Below, piece by piece: positions 36,329 through 47,162 of a stretch of DNA of 47,366 bases (position 1 is its first letter; every line of letters begins with the position of its first letter). Origin of the DNA: an uncultured Pseudomonadales bacterium (GTDB lineage Bacteria; Patescibacteriota; Microgenomatia; UBA1400; MFAQ01); contig CAZYOB010000006.1 in the NCBI GenBank assembly GCA_964648275.1, positions 1-47,366 on the forward strand. The letters run 5' to 3'. Both the position numbers and the translations under genes were made by a program. The notes under the pieces were generated by a model that was not told where the DNA came from, did not search any database, and saw only the letters and a list, made by a program, of their open reading frames with translations.

Positions 36329-38242
36329 TTACTGATTGAGAGTTACCTCTTTGTCCGAGTTCAGATCTACCAATGTCTGGACACCATTAAGAAGAATGGT
36401 GTGTTTGATCGTGGGTAGACCGGGTTGCTTTTGGATGAGCATCCTGTAGGTAGACAGATCCAGTTGAGGTAGCTCGTATTTGAAAACAATTTTACTTGTG
36501 GACTCCGGTCTCATAGTAAAGAAGCCTTCAAAGACTGTCTTGTCCAGCTCTTCGCTAACCTGTTCTTTTACCTCGGAACCGACAACGGAAATGAGGGTGC
36601 TTCCTTTGGGGACGAAGAGACGAACCCAGTCACGGTAGACTCCATTGAGACAGAGTTGACCGGCCTCGAGATTACAGTTGCTGCCTTTGTGAGGATTGTT
36701 GTAGTTGAGGGTAACTGTCTTGGTCACTTTACCTTCGGAGGTCATCTCTATTTCCTGCTCGACGTCGCGGGTGATGAACATATCGGTCTTGGCACCACCG
36801 AAGTTACTGTCGTTGATGTGGAGGTAGTCGTAAGCGTAACCCTGAATCCTGCCGGCGGCGTTGAAGTCTTCGGCGGTTTTTTGGGTGACCTCGTCATAGA
36901 AGTAGAAGAGAAGATGTTTTTCTTTGATCGAGTTGAGGACCACATTAACGAGTGACGGCCAGGTGTGCTTGGGGCTACCCATAGCGTTGGCCATCATCGA
37001 GTGCATCAGAGGACCAAGGACGGCTTTGCGACCGACTCTAACCGTGTTGGTGGGACGGTCGGCAATTTCCTCGAGAGCGTAAACGACCTGAGGACAGTCA
37101 CAGCGGGGATCGATCTGAGGTCCAAAGTTACCCCAACCGCCGACACCGATAGGGCCAATGATCTTGAGAATCTCTACGGGGAAGTTTGTATCAATGGCAA
37201 CGATGGCATCCGGCTTGGGTACATTAGGAATGCTCTGGTAAAGCTTGACGAACTCATCCATGGAAACTTTGAAGTCGGGTGAGACATTAACGTTCCTGAT
37301 GTTGAGATTTTTCTCATTGAGATAGCGTTGGATAGCGGGTGGTGCGGGAAGTCTTTTGTTCAAGCGGGCATCGAGATCATAGATATCGTAGGAGCCGAGA
37401 GGCTCTATCTTTCCCTTGGTTACTTTCAGGAATGCGTAGGCGGTGATGAATCCTCCTGTAGGACGGAGTTCGGCATCGTTCTGAAAAAGAACCATGTAAA
37501 GTTTGGGGGTGGGATTGCCCAAGAGATCAGGAAGAAGTTTGATCAAGGGTTTGGCTTGAGTAAGAAGTTGAGCAGATTCGGTGACGGTGGTCTTCAGAGA
37601 AATGATTCTTCCTCTGACTTGTTTGCCCATGAAGGTTTCGGGGTATCGAGAAGCATCTATCTTATCCAACTCCTTTTGAGCATTCTCAACGTCAACGGCG
37701 ACTTTATCCAGATCGGGTGAAATTTTATCGAGGGTGGCGGCCATGAAGACAATACGATCCTCGATGGACTGAGGAGCTTTAGGAGCACCTTCAGGGGTAG
37801 CTTCTTCCACACTGGTCTTAAACCCTAATAGGTCGGCATAGGGTTCAACGGAGGTGATGAGGGTGTCGAGAGACTTGGCGAGGGACTTGGAGGCGGTAAT
37901 GGCAGCCTTACCGTCTTTAGTGTAAGCGCCCAGGAAAGGAATTGCACCGGTCCACATAACTTTTCCATATTCACCGTCCAGAGTCTCCAGCTGGGACCCT
38001 AAGGTCCTTGATTTCTCTTTGGCACCGGCAAGATCCTGATTTTGGAAGTCAGCTGCAAGACCCGAGCCTGTAACTTGAAGTGCATTAATGGTAGGCATGA
38101 ATGAGCGGGCGGTGAAATATCCATAGGCTCCGACAACAAGAAAGAGGACAAGGATGATGCCGAGGGGTATTAAAACACGTTTAAGTGTACGTTTGTTTAC
38201 AGAAATCTTCATTTTTGAAAAGAAATTTTTAAGCTTTACCAC
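36329..38242 (-). CDS. DUF4012 domain membrane-anchored protein
   Basis: N-terminal TM and coiled coil; YMVLFQNDAELRPTGGFI, NVSPDF, NFGGAK, QKQPG. Confidence 0.88.
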   Translation of the reverse strand: MVKLKNFFSKMKISVNKRTLKRVLIPLGIILVLFLVVGAYGYFTARSFMPTINALQVTGSGLAADFQNQDLAGAKEKSRTLGSQLETLDGEYGKVMWTGAIPFLGAYTKDGKAAITASKSLAKSLDTLITSVEPYADLLGFKTSVEEATPEGAPKAPQSIEDRIVFMAATLDKISPDLDKVAVDVENAQKELDKIDASRYPETFMGKQVRGRIISLKTTVTESAQLLTQAKPLIKLLPDLLGNPTPKLYMVLFQNDAELRPTGGFITAYAFLKVTKGKIEPLGSYDIYDLDARLNKRLPAPPAIQRYLNEKNLNIRNVNVSPDFKVSMDEFVKLYQSIPNVPKPDAIVAIDTNFPVEILKIIGPIGVGGWGNFGPQIDPRCDCPQVVYALEEIADRPTNTVRVGRKAVLGPLMHSMMANAMGSPKHTWPSLVNVVLNSIKEKHLLFYFYDEVTQKTAEDFNAAGRIQGYAYDYLHINDSNFGGAKTDMFITRDVEQEIEMTSEGKVTKTVTLNYNNPHKGSNCNLEAGQLCLNGVYRDWVRLFVPKGSTLISVVGSEVKEQVSEELDKTVFEGFFTMRPESTSKIVFKYELPQLDLSTYRMLIQKQPGLPTIKHTILLNGVQTLVDLNSDKEVTLNQ

Positions 38243-38886
38243 TTACTTATCATAGCAAATGGAGTTTTAAGTATGACGTAAACGTCATACAAAAGGGAGT
38301 GGCGTTTAGCGTAGTCCGCATCTATGGCCACTCTTTGATCCCAGGGGATGGTATTCCTGCCAGACACTTGCCAGGGACCGGTCAGCCCCGGTTTTACCGA
38401 AAGACTGTCTTTAATTAATGGTTCGATCTTCTTACCGTATCGTTTAACAGCGTCTTCAAGCTCAGGCTTAACGTAAGCTCTGGGTCCCACAAGGCTCATA
38501 TCACCCAGCAAAATATTAATTACCTGAGGCATTTCGTCGATGCTGGTTTGGCGGAGGATTTTGCCCAGCTTGGTGATACGGGGATCTTCATCTAGTTCCA
38601 GCTTCCAGCCGGATTTCTTGTACTTCTCATAAAGTGCAGGGTTAGCTTTCCAGAATTCGACTGCGTGAACCGCTTTCCCATTAATCTCAAACATCTTCAT
38701 CGACCTGAATTTGAACATACGGAAGTTGGTGCCATTCTTACCCACTCTATCCGGCCTGTAGAAGATCGGTCCCTTGGAGTCCAGCTTAATCAATAGGGGG
38801 ACAACTATCCAGACTGGCAAAAAAACGACACCCATGACTAGAGCGGCAAGGATATCGATTGTCCTCTTGGCAAGATCGTAAAGCAT
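38236..38886 (-). CDS. Priming phosphoglycosyl transferase (Bac_transf, WbaP/PglC-like)
   Basis: KRTIDI, KFRSM, DPRIT, SIDEMPQ, GDMSLVGPR, KPGLTG.WQVSGR. Confidence 0.95.
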   Translation of the reverse strand: MLYDLAKRTIDILAALVMGVVFLPVWIVVPLLIKLDSKGPIFYRPDRVGKNGTNFRMFKFRSMKMFEINGKAVHAVEFWKANPALYEKYKKSGWKLELDEDPRITKLGKILRQTSIDEMPQVINILLGDMSLVGPRAYVKPELEDAVKRYGKKIEPLIKDSLSVKPGLTGPWQVSGRNTIPWDQRVAIDADYAKRHSLLYDVYVILKTPFAMISKW

Positions 38887-39029
38887 ATTGCTGAGTTAAT
38901 AATATTCCATCTGGCTTGGATATTCTATCCCACGAAAGGTTTGTCTGCTGTTGAGATACCTTTGACTTCTGGGGAAAAGGGCTGGTTATAATAGACTCCA
39001 CCTGATAACTATTAGCAATATCAGTAGAT

Positions 39030-40058
39030 ATGGTACCTGTAATAATTTGCGGAGGGGTGGGGACAAAAATGTGGCCGCTTAGTCGACCTGAGATGCCTAA
39101 ACATTTTTTACCTCTGGTAGACGGTAAGTCACTTTTTGAAATCAACTGGGAGTTGTTGAGAAAGAAATTCAAACCGGAGGAAATCTATCTCCAAACAAAT
39201 TCCGAACAAGCCAGGATTGCGCAAAAACAGGTACCTGAAATTAAGTTGGAAAATATTTTTATTGAACCGGAGGTGAGGAATCAGGGTCCGGCTACCGGAT
39301 TGGCAGCGGCATTGCTTAAAAAAGCGGGTAAAGGCAGCGAACCATTCTTTCTGGTGCAGGTTGATGATCTGAGAGTACCGGGAGAAAAGCTATTTCAGAT
39401 GATGGAAGTGGCCGAAAAAATGTGTTTACAAACGGATAAATATATTACGGGTGGTTTTGTCCCGGACAGAACGGTTCTGGGAGTGGATTATTTGCTTAAA
39501 GGAGATCTGGTGGCGGAAGAAAACGGGGTCAAGGTTTATGCAGTTGATGATTACATCGACAGGAATGAGGAAACGAGAATCAGAGAGTTGATGGATTCCG
39601 GACGGTTGTTGGTCCATGCCAACCACACCACAATGACTCCCGACAATTTACTGAGTATGTATGAAAAATACAGACCGGACTGGTACGGACCTTTGGACGA
39701 GATCGTTAAGGGTGCCGAGGTAAACGGAAATTTCTCCCGAATGCCGAAGGGGGCGATTGAGGAGATCACCAAACAAGTTCACCTAGTTGGAGGATCATTG
39801 GTAATCGAGCTACCTTTTAAGTGGATCGACTTTGGAACTTGGGAAAGTCTGGATAAATATTATGCCGATGAAGGACTGACGCCACCCAACGGAGGATTGA
39901 TAGAGATAGAGGGTGAGAATAACTTTGGTTGGAGCGAGAGTAAGAAAAAAATCGCAGTGGTCGGATTGGATCACGTCGTGGTGGTCGAAGGAGAAGGAGG
40001 AATCCTGGTCTGCAGGAAAGACTTATGCGGAAGAGTTGGCGAAGTTGCCAAGAGTTGA
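39030..40058 (+). CDS. manC: Mannose-1-phosphate guanylyltransferase-like nucleotidyltransferase (no isomerase domain)
   Basis: GGVGTKMWPLSR..PKHF, EPEVRNQGPA, WIDFGTW, C-terminal beta-helix. Confidence 0.8.
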   Translation: MVPVIICGGVGTKMWPLSRPEMPKHFLPLVDGKSLFEINWELLRKKFKPEEIYLQTNSEQARIAQKQVPEIKLENIFIEPEVRNQGPATGLAAALLKKAGKGSEPFFLVQVDDLRVPGEKLFQMMEVAEKMCLQTDKYITGGFVPDRTVLGVDYLLKGDLVAEENGVKVYAVDDYIDRNEETRIRELMDSGRLLVHANHTTMTPDNLLSMYEKYRPDWYGPLDEIVKGAEVNGNFSRMPKGAIEEITKQVHLVGGSLVIELPFKWIDFGTWESLDKYYADEGLTPPNGGLIEIEGENNFGWSESKKKIAVVGLDHVVVVEGEGGILVCRKDLCGRVGEVAKS

Positions 40059-41122
40059 TCGATCAGGGACATAAATTGTTTTTTGAATTTATCCATTGAG
40101 AATTTCTTGGCTTGAGTGACGCAATCTGAGTAGTCGATACTCAGTTTTTCAAATTTTTCGATACAGTCAACGAGACTGTCAGGTGTTTGTTGGGCGAAGA
40201 ACAGACCGGTCTTGTTTGACAAAACAGTTTCAAGGACACCACCCTTTTCATATGCCAGAACCGGAGTGCCGCAAGCTTGTGATTCTAGGGGAACCAAGCC
40301 GTAGTCCTCTTCCTGGGGAAAAATGACCGCCTTGGCTTTGCGATAGTAATCGATAAGCTGGTCATCGCTTACTTGACCCAAAAACTTTGTGTTTCTGCCC
40401 GAAATTTGCTTTAGATGTTTCAGCTCACTACCGGAACCGATGACAAGTAGGGGTCGGTTGATCTTTTTAAACGCCTTAACTACCAGTTCCACATGTTTGT
40501 AGGGTACGAGTCGGGAGACGACTAGGTAATATTGTCTGGATCTGCTGCCTTCCGGCTTTTGCGTAAAGAATTTATCTTCTATGGGTGGATAGACCACACT
40601 GGAATCCCTTTGGTAATACATCCTTATCCTATCCTTTACCGCTTCGGATATAGCGATGTAATGGTCCGGTCTTGTAGAGGTGAGTAAATCTACTGTTCGA
40701 AGATATTTTTTGATCATTTGAGGTAATAGCCTCATTTTTAGATCTTGTTGGTATTCCTGTTCCCCACTCCAGAAATATCTCGTTGGTGTCAGACAATAAC
40801 AAAGATGAACCGTATGAGGTTTGGTGATGATCGATTTTGCATCCGAACTGGTGACTGAAATCACCAAGTCAAATTCATCGAAGTTGAGGGTTTCAAAGGC
40901 CATTGGTGCAATTGGCGCCAATAACTCATGCTTTGAACGCAAGAAGGGAAGAGCGTTGACGAATGTAGGAATGACTTTAAACTTGGAGGCCCACTTTGCT
41001 CTCGGGGGATCATAGACCAGGGTGTATAAGGGAGCGTTGGGGAAAAGCTCATGTAGGACACTCAGAACCCTCTCAGCACCACCGAATTTGTTGACTCGGT
41101 CATAGACAAGAGCAACTCTCAT
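39971..41122 (-). CDS. Glycosyltransferase family 4 (WbaZ-like)
   Basis: GGAERV, CYCLTPTRY, SRLVPYK, EDYGLVPLE. Confidence 0.92.
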   Translation of the reverse strand: MRVALVYDRVNKFGGAERVLSVLHELFPNAPLYTLVYDPPRAKWASKFKVIPTFVNALPFLRSKHELLAPIAPMAFETLNFDEFDLVISVTSSDAKSIITKPHTVHLCYCLTPTRYFWSGEQEYQQDLKMRLLPQMIKKYLRTVDLLTSTRPDHYIAISEAVKDRIRMYYQRDSSVVYPPIEDKFFTQKPEGSRSRQYYLVVSRLVPYKHVELVVKAFKKINRPLLVIGSGSELKHLKQISGRNTKFLGQVSDDQLIDYYRKAKAVIFPQEEDYGLVPLESQACGTPVLAYEKGGVLETVLSNKTGLFFAQQTPDSLVDCIEKFEKLSIDYSDCVTQAKKFSMDKFKKQFMSLIDQLLATSPTLPHKSFLQTRIPPSPSTTTT

Positions 41123-42258
41123 TTACTTGTGTGCTTTTTGTAAACAGCTAGTGTTTCTTTAGCCATCTTTTTCCAGGAATATTTCTTTACCTGAAGGAGA
41201 CCTTTGTTTATCAACTTTTCTCTTAAATTCCGATCCCCGATCACTAACTCCAATTTATTTACCAGATCATCAACACTTTCTGGGTCGAAGAAAAGAGCGG
41301 CATCACCGTAGACTTCTGGCAGGCATGAAGCGGATGAGGAGATGACAGGGAGGCCGGTTTTCATGGCCTCAAGACCAGTCAGCCCAAAACCTTCCATCTT
41401 ACTGGGGTGGACAAGACAAAGCGCGAGACTGTAAAGCTGGCTGACTTCTTCGTCCGAGCGGAAACCGAGCAGATTGATATAACTACCTGCCCCTTTCTCG
41501 ATTATTCTGCGGCTGATCCTTTCATAGAATACATTTCTGGCGCAAACAATGGCGAGCATCAGATCGACTTCTTTCGTCTGATTGTGTTTGATAACCGCGT
41601 CGATCAGGAGATCAACATTTTTATGGGGGTAAACGCTGCCGGTGTAAATGACGAATGGCTGAACTAAACCGAATTTGGACAAGACCTGCTTTTTCTCCGC
41701 CTCGGAGAGCTTCACTTGTTTAATATTCGAATCGACCGCTTCATAAGTAACGGTAATTTTATTTTCAGGAAGTCTGAAGTTTTTGATCAGGTCTTTTTTA
41801 ACATATTCAGAAGGGACTATGATCGATCTCGCCTTGCGAACAACAGTGGAAACCAAGAATAAATATCCGGCTCTTTTTATTGAATAAAAGAGCGGGTGGT
41901 GGGTAGTGGTCCCCTTTCCTTTTGAATGGTGTTTTATCAAGTCATGAATGGTAATGATCAGCTTCCCAGGATAAAGAAATGGGGCATTGAAGTGAGGCAC
42001 ATGGAGTAAGTCAAGGTTTTCTCTGGCAAAGATGAAGGGTAAGACCAACTGTTCAAGAAAGCCGTAGATTGGGATGTTCACCTCTCTGACCGTAACATTG
42101 GGATAGTCTTTGAATTGAGTCAGATGGTTTTTTTTCAGAAAGAGGACGTAGTGATTTTTCTTGTCCGACGATAAGACGTCCCCTATCAGTCTGGTCACAT
42201 ACCGGCCAAGACCTGCGTGTTCTAAACCATATAGTCTGGCATCAATTCCGATTCTCAT
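41119..42258 (-). CDS. Glycosyltransferase family 4 (MtfB/WbdB-like)
   Basis: IGIDAR, GLGRY, TIHDL, PHKN, EGFGLTGLEAM. Confidence 0.92.
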   Translation of the reverse strand: MRIGIDARLYGLEHAGLGRYVTRLIGDVLSSDKKNHYVLFLKKNHLTQFKDYPNVTVREVNIPIYGFLEQLVLPFIFARENLDLLHVPHFNAPFLYPGKLIITIHDLIKHHSKGKGTTTHHPLFYSIKRAGYLFLVSTVVRKARSIIVPSEYVKKDLIKNFRLPENKITVTYEAVDSNIKQVKLSEAEKKQVLSKFGLVQPFVIYTGSVYPHKNVDLLIDAVIKHNQTKEVDLMLAIVCARNVFYERISRRIIEKGAGSYINLLGFRSDEEVSQLYSLALCLVHPSKMEGFGLTGLEAMKTGLPVISSSASCLPEVYGDAALFFDPESVDDLVNKLELVIGDRNLREKLINKGLLQVKKYSWKKMAKETLAVYKKHTSK

Positions 42259-42261
42259 ATT

Positions 42262-43176
42262 TTAGGTTAGCTTATACTTCAGAATTCTGAAGTAACCTTT
42301 CAGGGCGATGCCCGTGAGGACAAGCCAGGTGAGGATTTTGGGGTATTTATCCGAGTAGAACTTCTTGTAAAAAATTTTCCAGGCATCGGTGGAAGCCTTG
42401 GCCACTTTAAGTCGATTGGCTTTGTCGGATGAGGCTATCTTGGCCGATTCTTTTCTTAATCCGGAACTGGCCCCACGAAGATGCAGAGTGCTGACCTTTG
42501 GGTAATAGATTATTTTGTAGCCTGCCTGACCAATCCGGTAAGAAAGATCAATGTCTTCTCCATAGAAGAAATATGATTCATCCCAGCCACCCAATTTCAA
42601 GAAAAGTTTTGTCGGCATCATCATGAATGATCCTGCAGTAACGGGAATTGCATGAGTGCGGTTGATCTTCTTATATCCCAGATGGTAATTATTGAAGAAC
42701 GTTGAGTTGGGAAAGATAGATGACAGCCCAAACAGTTTACAAAAGCTGGTCCAGGGATCCGGGAATCCGCGGTGGTTATCGTAATCGATGGAGCCGTCCT
42801 TTAAATAAAGCTTGACTGTAATTGCGCCCACATCCTGATGATTTTTTAGAAACTTCAATGGCTTGACAAGACTATACTGGCGGACGACGGGATCGGAGTT
42901 GAGGAAGAGGACAAACCTGGCGTCAGTGGCTTTCATTCCTAGATTATTGGCTTTGGCGAAGCCGAGATTTTTTCTTTTTTTGATCAGTAAAACTTGGGGG
43001 TATTGTTTTTCGATCATTTTGACCGAACCATCCTTAGAGGCATTATCAACCACTACGACCTGAAGCCCTCCGGTGGGTTTGGCGGCTTTAAAAACAGATG
43101 CCAAACAATTATCCAGAAGTTGTCTGGTGTTATAGCTGACAATAATGATGGCTAGTTCGTTTGTGGGGCGTTTCAT
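42262..43176 (-). CDS. Glycosyltransferase family 2 (WbbL-like)
   Basis: [33 protein letters not shown]. Confidence 0.92.
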   Translation of the reverse strand: MKRPTNELAIIIVSYNTRQLLDNCLASVFKAAKPTGGLQVVVVDNASKDGSVKMIEKQYPQVLLIKKRKNLGFAKANNLGMKATDARFVLFLNSDPVVRQYSLVKPLKFLKNHQDVGAITVKLYLKDGSIDYDNHRGFPDPWTSFCKLFGLSSIFPNSTFFNNYHLGYKKINRTHAIPVTAGSFMMMPTKLFLKLGGWDESYFFYGEDIDLSYRIGQAGYKIIYYPKVSTLHLRGASSGLRKESAKIASSDKANRLKVAKASTDAWKIFYKKFYSDKYPKILTWLVLTGIALKGYFRILKYKLT

Positions 43177-44378
43177 TTTGAAACCTGTTCTTCGTAGACA
43201 GCTTCTAGCTTTTTGGTAATACTGGCATAGTCAAAGTGTTCTTCGACTAGTTTTCTGGCCGCCTTAGCAAGAGTTTCTGCGAGACTGGGGGATTTTATCA
43301 GTTTAACCACATGATCGGCAATCTCTTTGGGTGTATCCCCTATTAGAACATGCTCTCCAGGCTTGGTATTCAAGCCTTCCATACCCACCCTGGTCGAGAC
43401 AATCGGCAGGCAGCTGGCCATGGCAGCCAGGTTCTTTAGCCTGGTACCTCCAGGTCCTTTAATGGTAGAGGCGAAGACGGTCGAATCGTGGTAGGCGTTC
43501 ACCAGGGTGTCAATATCGTTTTCCGCTATGGAATTGATGATGACGCCATCCTTACCTTTGGCAGCTTCCATGATGCCCGGAGTGATGTGTTGGCCGACGA
43601 TAAGTAACTGGGCATCTTTAATGGATTTTCTGACTAGCGGGAAGACATCCTTGATGAGAACGAGGGCGGCTTCGATGTTCTGTAGCCATTTGAAATTACT
43701 AACAAAAAGAATGGTCTTCACTTTATCATTCCAGTTGTTTTTCTTTTGGAAAAGATCGAGGTTAACACCGTTGGGAACGATGTTTACATCCATTCCCGGC
43801 TCGAGTTTGAGCATTTCTTTTTTGTCTGCTTCGGAAACGGCTACCACTTGGGTAGCATGACGCCAGTAGTATCTTTCTGATCGCTTCAGCTTCTCTACAT
43901 CTATTTGAAGAAGCGGTTTCAGGATCTTGGGAGCGGTCTGGTTAACATAATGTTGATAGACGAGGTACTCGATAGTCTGGTCGACCAGAACGACCGGAAG
44001 GTTGGTCTTGGGAATATGAGGCATGACATAAAAAGTTTCGGCATGGATCAAGTCATAACCGTTATCCTCCAGCTCATGAGTAACGGCTTCTTTTACTCCG
44101 GAGGCGTGGTTCCTGACAATGAGAAAGGGGTCAAGGGAGAAACCGGTCCTCAAAATATTTTTTAGAGTCCAGGGTGTTTTACTGCGCTGGAAAGTACGGA
44201 CTTTTTTGCAGTACTTAAGCAGATGCTTAATATTCTCGTTCTCTTTTTTGTCTTTTATAAGAGAGAAAAGAGTGATCTCGTTATCCTTGCACAGATGCTT
44301 GAGAAGGTTGAGGGTGCGGATCTGTCCCCCGGATGAATCGGGATATGGCAGGTAAGGAGTAAGCATTAACACTTTCAT
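43173..44378 (-). CDS. Glycosyltransferase family 4
   Basis: PYP.SSGGQIR, VPNGV, GGTRLK.LAAMA, EG. Confidence 0.88.
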   Translation of the reverse strand: MKVLMLTPYLPYPDSSGGQIRTLNLLKHLCKDNEITLFSLIKDKKENENIKHLLKYCKKVRTFQRSKTPWTLKNILRTGFSLDPFLIVRNHASGVKEAVTHELEDNGYDLIHAETFYVMPHIPKTNLPVVLVDQTIEYLVYQHYVNQTAPKILKPLLQIDVEKLKRSERYYWRHATQVVAVSEADKKEMLKLEPGMDVNIVPNGVNLDLFQKKNNWNDKVKTILFVSNFKWLQNIEAALVLIKDVFPLVRKSIKDAQLLIVGQHITPGIMEAAKGKDGVIINSIAENDIDTLVNAYHDSTVFASTIKGPGGTRLKNLAAMASCLPIVSTRVGMEGLNTKPGEHVLIGDTPKEIADHVVKLIKSPSLAETLAKAARKLVEEHFDYASITKKLEAVYEEQVSK

Positions 44379-44391
44379 ATTTTTTCAGAAT

Positions 44392-45819
44392 TTACTTGGA
44401 TAGTTGGATGATGATGAATTTCTCCGTTTTTTCCAAGACGGTGAACTTTTTTTCCAACTCTCTGGCCTCATCATCGTAAACTACCGAAACATAGTGAGTT
44501 GCTCCCTTGATGATCTTATCGTCGATGTAGTATCCCAGAGGCCAACCACTGCGACCGGTCTGATAAAGGAAGGCCGTGTCACCGTTGTATGGGGCAATCA
44601 CTTTGGCGTCCTTGGGAGTAAGTTCATCGACTGCTTTTCCGGCTTCAATGATGGCAGGGTTGTTGATATGGTAATAGGGTTCGATGTCATACCAGGAAAG
44701 TGCGATCATGATGGCGAAAACTCCGGCTCCGGTGAAGATGGTCAACCAGCGGGAATAGGTAGTCCGGGAAAGTCCGAACATCAGGCTGGCTCCTTTGGCT
44801 AGAATGACACAGATGAAAGGAATAATGATTGCCTGGTAATAATCATGGCGAACGTTGCCTCCGGCGACGATCGAGAAATATGCCAGTATCCCCAGCATCC
44901 ACAACCAATAAGTAACGCCTTCATTTTTTGGCTTAGCAATTAATCCCAACAGGAAGAAAGAGGTACCGTAAATCCCGAGTATTAATTTGCCCAGTCTTTC
45001 CGCGAACAACCAGCGGAACCAGGCGGGTCTGAAACGAATACCTGAGGAATTAAGCAGCCAGTCTGATGCTGGAATACCCTCAGGGAACTGGGCAATGTGT
45101 CGACGCCATAAGTAGAAGGGAATGAAAGAGACGCCTGCGTAAGCCAGGGCATCAACTAGGGTGAGCCTTTGCAGTACCAGCTGGCGGAGAATAATGGCGG
45201 CGTGAGGCAGGGTGAAGAAGATAGCATAGGGTTTAACCAGAACTGCACCGGCAAGAGACAGAGCACTGAGAAGGAAGTAAAACCTCTTAGAAAGATTCTT
45301 TTTATCGGTTGAAACCAAGAGCCACCAGAATGATGCCAATAGAAGAGTGATCATCAGCGGTTCGGGAAGAATAACGCGCGAGTAAAAAATATTAAAAGGT
45401 AAAACGGCCATGAAAAGCGCCGAAAGCCAACCAACGAAAAATCCGGATAATTTTTGAGCGATATGGAATAGGAAGAATATAGAAACCAAAGAGAGAATGA
45501 CCGACGTGAGTCTACCTGCTGTATCCAGACCTAACTGTGGAAGGGCGGTGTAAGTGAAGTAATGCAAAAGGTTGTAAAGAGGAAACTCAACCATACGGTA
45601 GCCCTTGGGATTATCTTTGCCTGACTGAATATTGGAGAAGTCGTGATATGTGGGTACCAGAAGGTTGACACCTTTCTCGACAAAGTTGCGGGTAACAGAG
45701 GCAGTATCCGCCTGACGGAAAGAATGCCAATCAGCGACAGGATTGTCGATTTTGTAGAGGCGAACCGCAGCAGCCAGTATTAATACCAGCGAAACGAGGA
45801 AGATTTTTGTTTTGTTCAT
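44392..45819 (-). CDS. Membrane GT-C glycosyltransferase (GT39/ArnT-like)
   Basis: DWHSFRQADT, EFPLY, SR..LPE, LVKP, HDYY; many TM segments. Confidence 0.8.
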   Translation of the reverse strand: MNKTKIFLVSLVLILAAAVRLYKIDNPVADWHSFRQADTASVTRNFVEKGVNLLVPTYHDFSNIQSGKDNPKGYRMVEFPLYNLLHYFTYTALPQLGLDTAGRLTSVILSLVSIFFLFHIAQKLSGFFVGWLSALFMAVLPFNIFYSRVILPEPLMITLLLASFWWLLVSTDKKNLSKRFYFLLSALSLAGAVLVKPYAIFFTLPHAAIILRQLVLQRLTLVDALAYAGVSFIPFYLWRRHIAQFPEGIPASDWLLNSSGIRFRPAWFRWLFAERLGKLILGIYGTSFFLLGLIAKPKNEGVTYWLWMLGILAYFSIVAGGNVRHDYYQAIIIPFICVILAKGASLMFGLSRTTYSRWLTIFTGAGVFAIMIALSWYDIEPYYHINNPAIIEAGKAVDELTPKDAKVIAPYNGDTAFLYQTGRSGWPLGYYIDDKIIKGATHYVSVVYDDEARELEKKFTVLEKTEKFIIIQLSK

Positions 45820-47162
45820 GATTTTTGAGGGCTAATTGCTAACCCCATAAATGCCCAGAATAGAATGGCGACCTTACTCGCCTCAAAGACGTCAAGGAAA
45901 AGAGCGGTGACCATGAAGAAGACAAAAACACCGAGAGAGGAAACGGCAATTATTTTATCTATACCATTGTGTGACAGTCTGTGTTTAAGGGCTTTAAAGA
46001 GGCCGATAAGGACAGAGATGAAAGCAAGGAAGCCAAGTAAACCCGTCTCGCCCAGTGCGCGGAGGTAGTCATTGTCTGTAGCTATGGTAAGTGAGGAATA
46101 GCCGGTGCCCAAGAAAGGATTTTTGTAGAAAGCGCGCAGGGCGCGGGGCCATTCAACATCAAAGCGGATACTGGTGGATCTGTCCTCTTGAATAGGTCTG
46201 AGAGCTTCCGGGGTTGGAGTGGGTGCGGGAGTGATGGTTGCCTGTACGACGTCGGGCTGAGCATAGACAGGATGGACAATACTGACTGAGGAGGTCTCAG
46301 TAATAAAGACGTTGAAGATGTTAATAAATCTGTTCATGATCGCCGGAGAGGTGGCGACTCCGATACCGATGATCAACATAAAGACAAATCCCAAAAGATA
46401 TCGGCGATATAAAAGAGTGACCAGGGCGACCGAAACGACTAGACCTGCCAAACTGATCCTGGATCCGGTCTGCATAAAGAGCCATAAAACAATGGAAAAG
46501 GAGGCGATGAACGGAAGTCGGCGTAACCAAGAAGTGAAGTGGGCGGAGATGGAGGCAAGAAAGATCATGATCATGGAAAGGTAGACAGCCAGATCGTAGT
46601 GACCGGCAAAGGTACTGGAGAGGGTAACTCCCGGACGAAGGGTGAGAGCCAAGCCCTTACTGGCTTCGCTATCCATAGTAGAGATCACCGGTGCATTGAA
46701 ATACAGCTGGGCGATACCGTAAACGAACACGCCGATGACCGGAAGAAGAATAAGCTGGAGATAGAAGAAGCGATCTTTTTCTTTCCTGCCGGCGTAATAA
46801 ACAAGGAAAAAGACGAGAATATATTCAATACGACGGAGGTAATGAAGGACGACCAGAAGTGGCTGGACATTTTTAGTTATCAAAATAGCGGAGAGAGTGG
46901 AGACTAGCCCAACAAAGAAGAAGATGGCGATCTGGGGAGTGATCGAGGGCAGGCGTACTTTTTTCTCGGCGATAATCTTCAAAACCAAGAGTCCAAAAAC
47001 CACTCCAATGAAAAAATCTTCCGCACGAATGGCAACATATGTGCCAGGGACATTAAACAAAGGGAACTTTGGATAAAGAGGGATGAAAATAAATAACGCG
47101 GCAACGGCGTATTTATATAAGGAATTTAAGAGCTTCAGAATAGGTCCTTCGGCTTTTTTCAT
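45816..47162 (-). CDS. O-antigen ligase/polymerase (Wzy_C)-like membrane protein
   Basis: Multi-TM; STFAGH, TGSR, R....W..A...F..NPFLGTG, DNDYLR.LGETGLLG. Exact start uncertain. Confidence 0.82.
   Translation of the reverse strand: MKKAEGPILKLLNSLYKYAVAALFIFIPLYPKFPLFNVPGTYVAIRAEDFFIGVVFGLLVLKIIAEKKVRLPSITPQIAIFFFVGLVSTLSAILITKNVQPLLVVLHYLRRIEYILVFFLVYYAGRKEKDRFFYLQLILLPVIGVFVYGIAQLYFNAPVISTMDSEASKGLALTLRPGVTLSSTFAGHYDLAVYLSMIMIFLASISAHFTSWLRRLPFIASFSIVLWLFMQTGSRISLAGLVVSVALVTLLYRRYLLGFVFMLIIGIGVATSPAIMNRFINIFNVFITETSSVSIVHPVYAQPDVVQATITPAPTPTPEALRPIQEDRSTSIRFDVEWPRALRAFYKNPFLGTGYSSLTIATDNDYLRALGETGLLGFLAFISVLIGLFKALKHRLSHNGIDKIIAVSSLGVFVFFMVTALFLDVFEASKVAILFWAFMGLAISPQKS

Noticed and set aside
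38786-39172. 128-aa minus-strand ORF across the spacer
   Set aside because: It overlaps manC antisense and the sugar transferase out of frame; no motifs.
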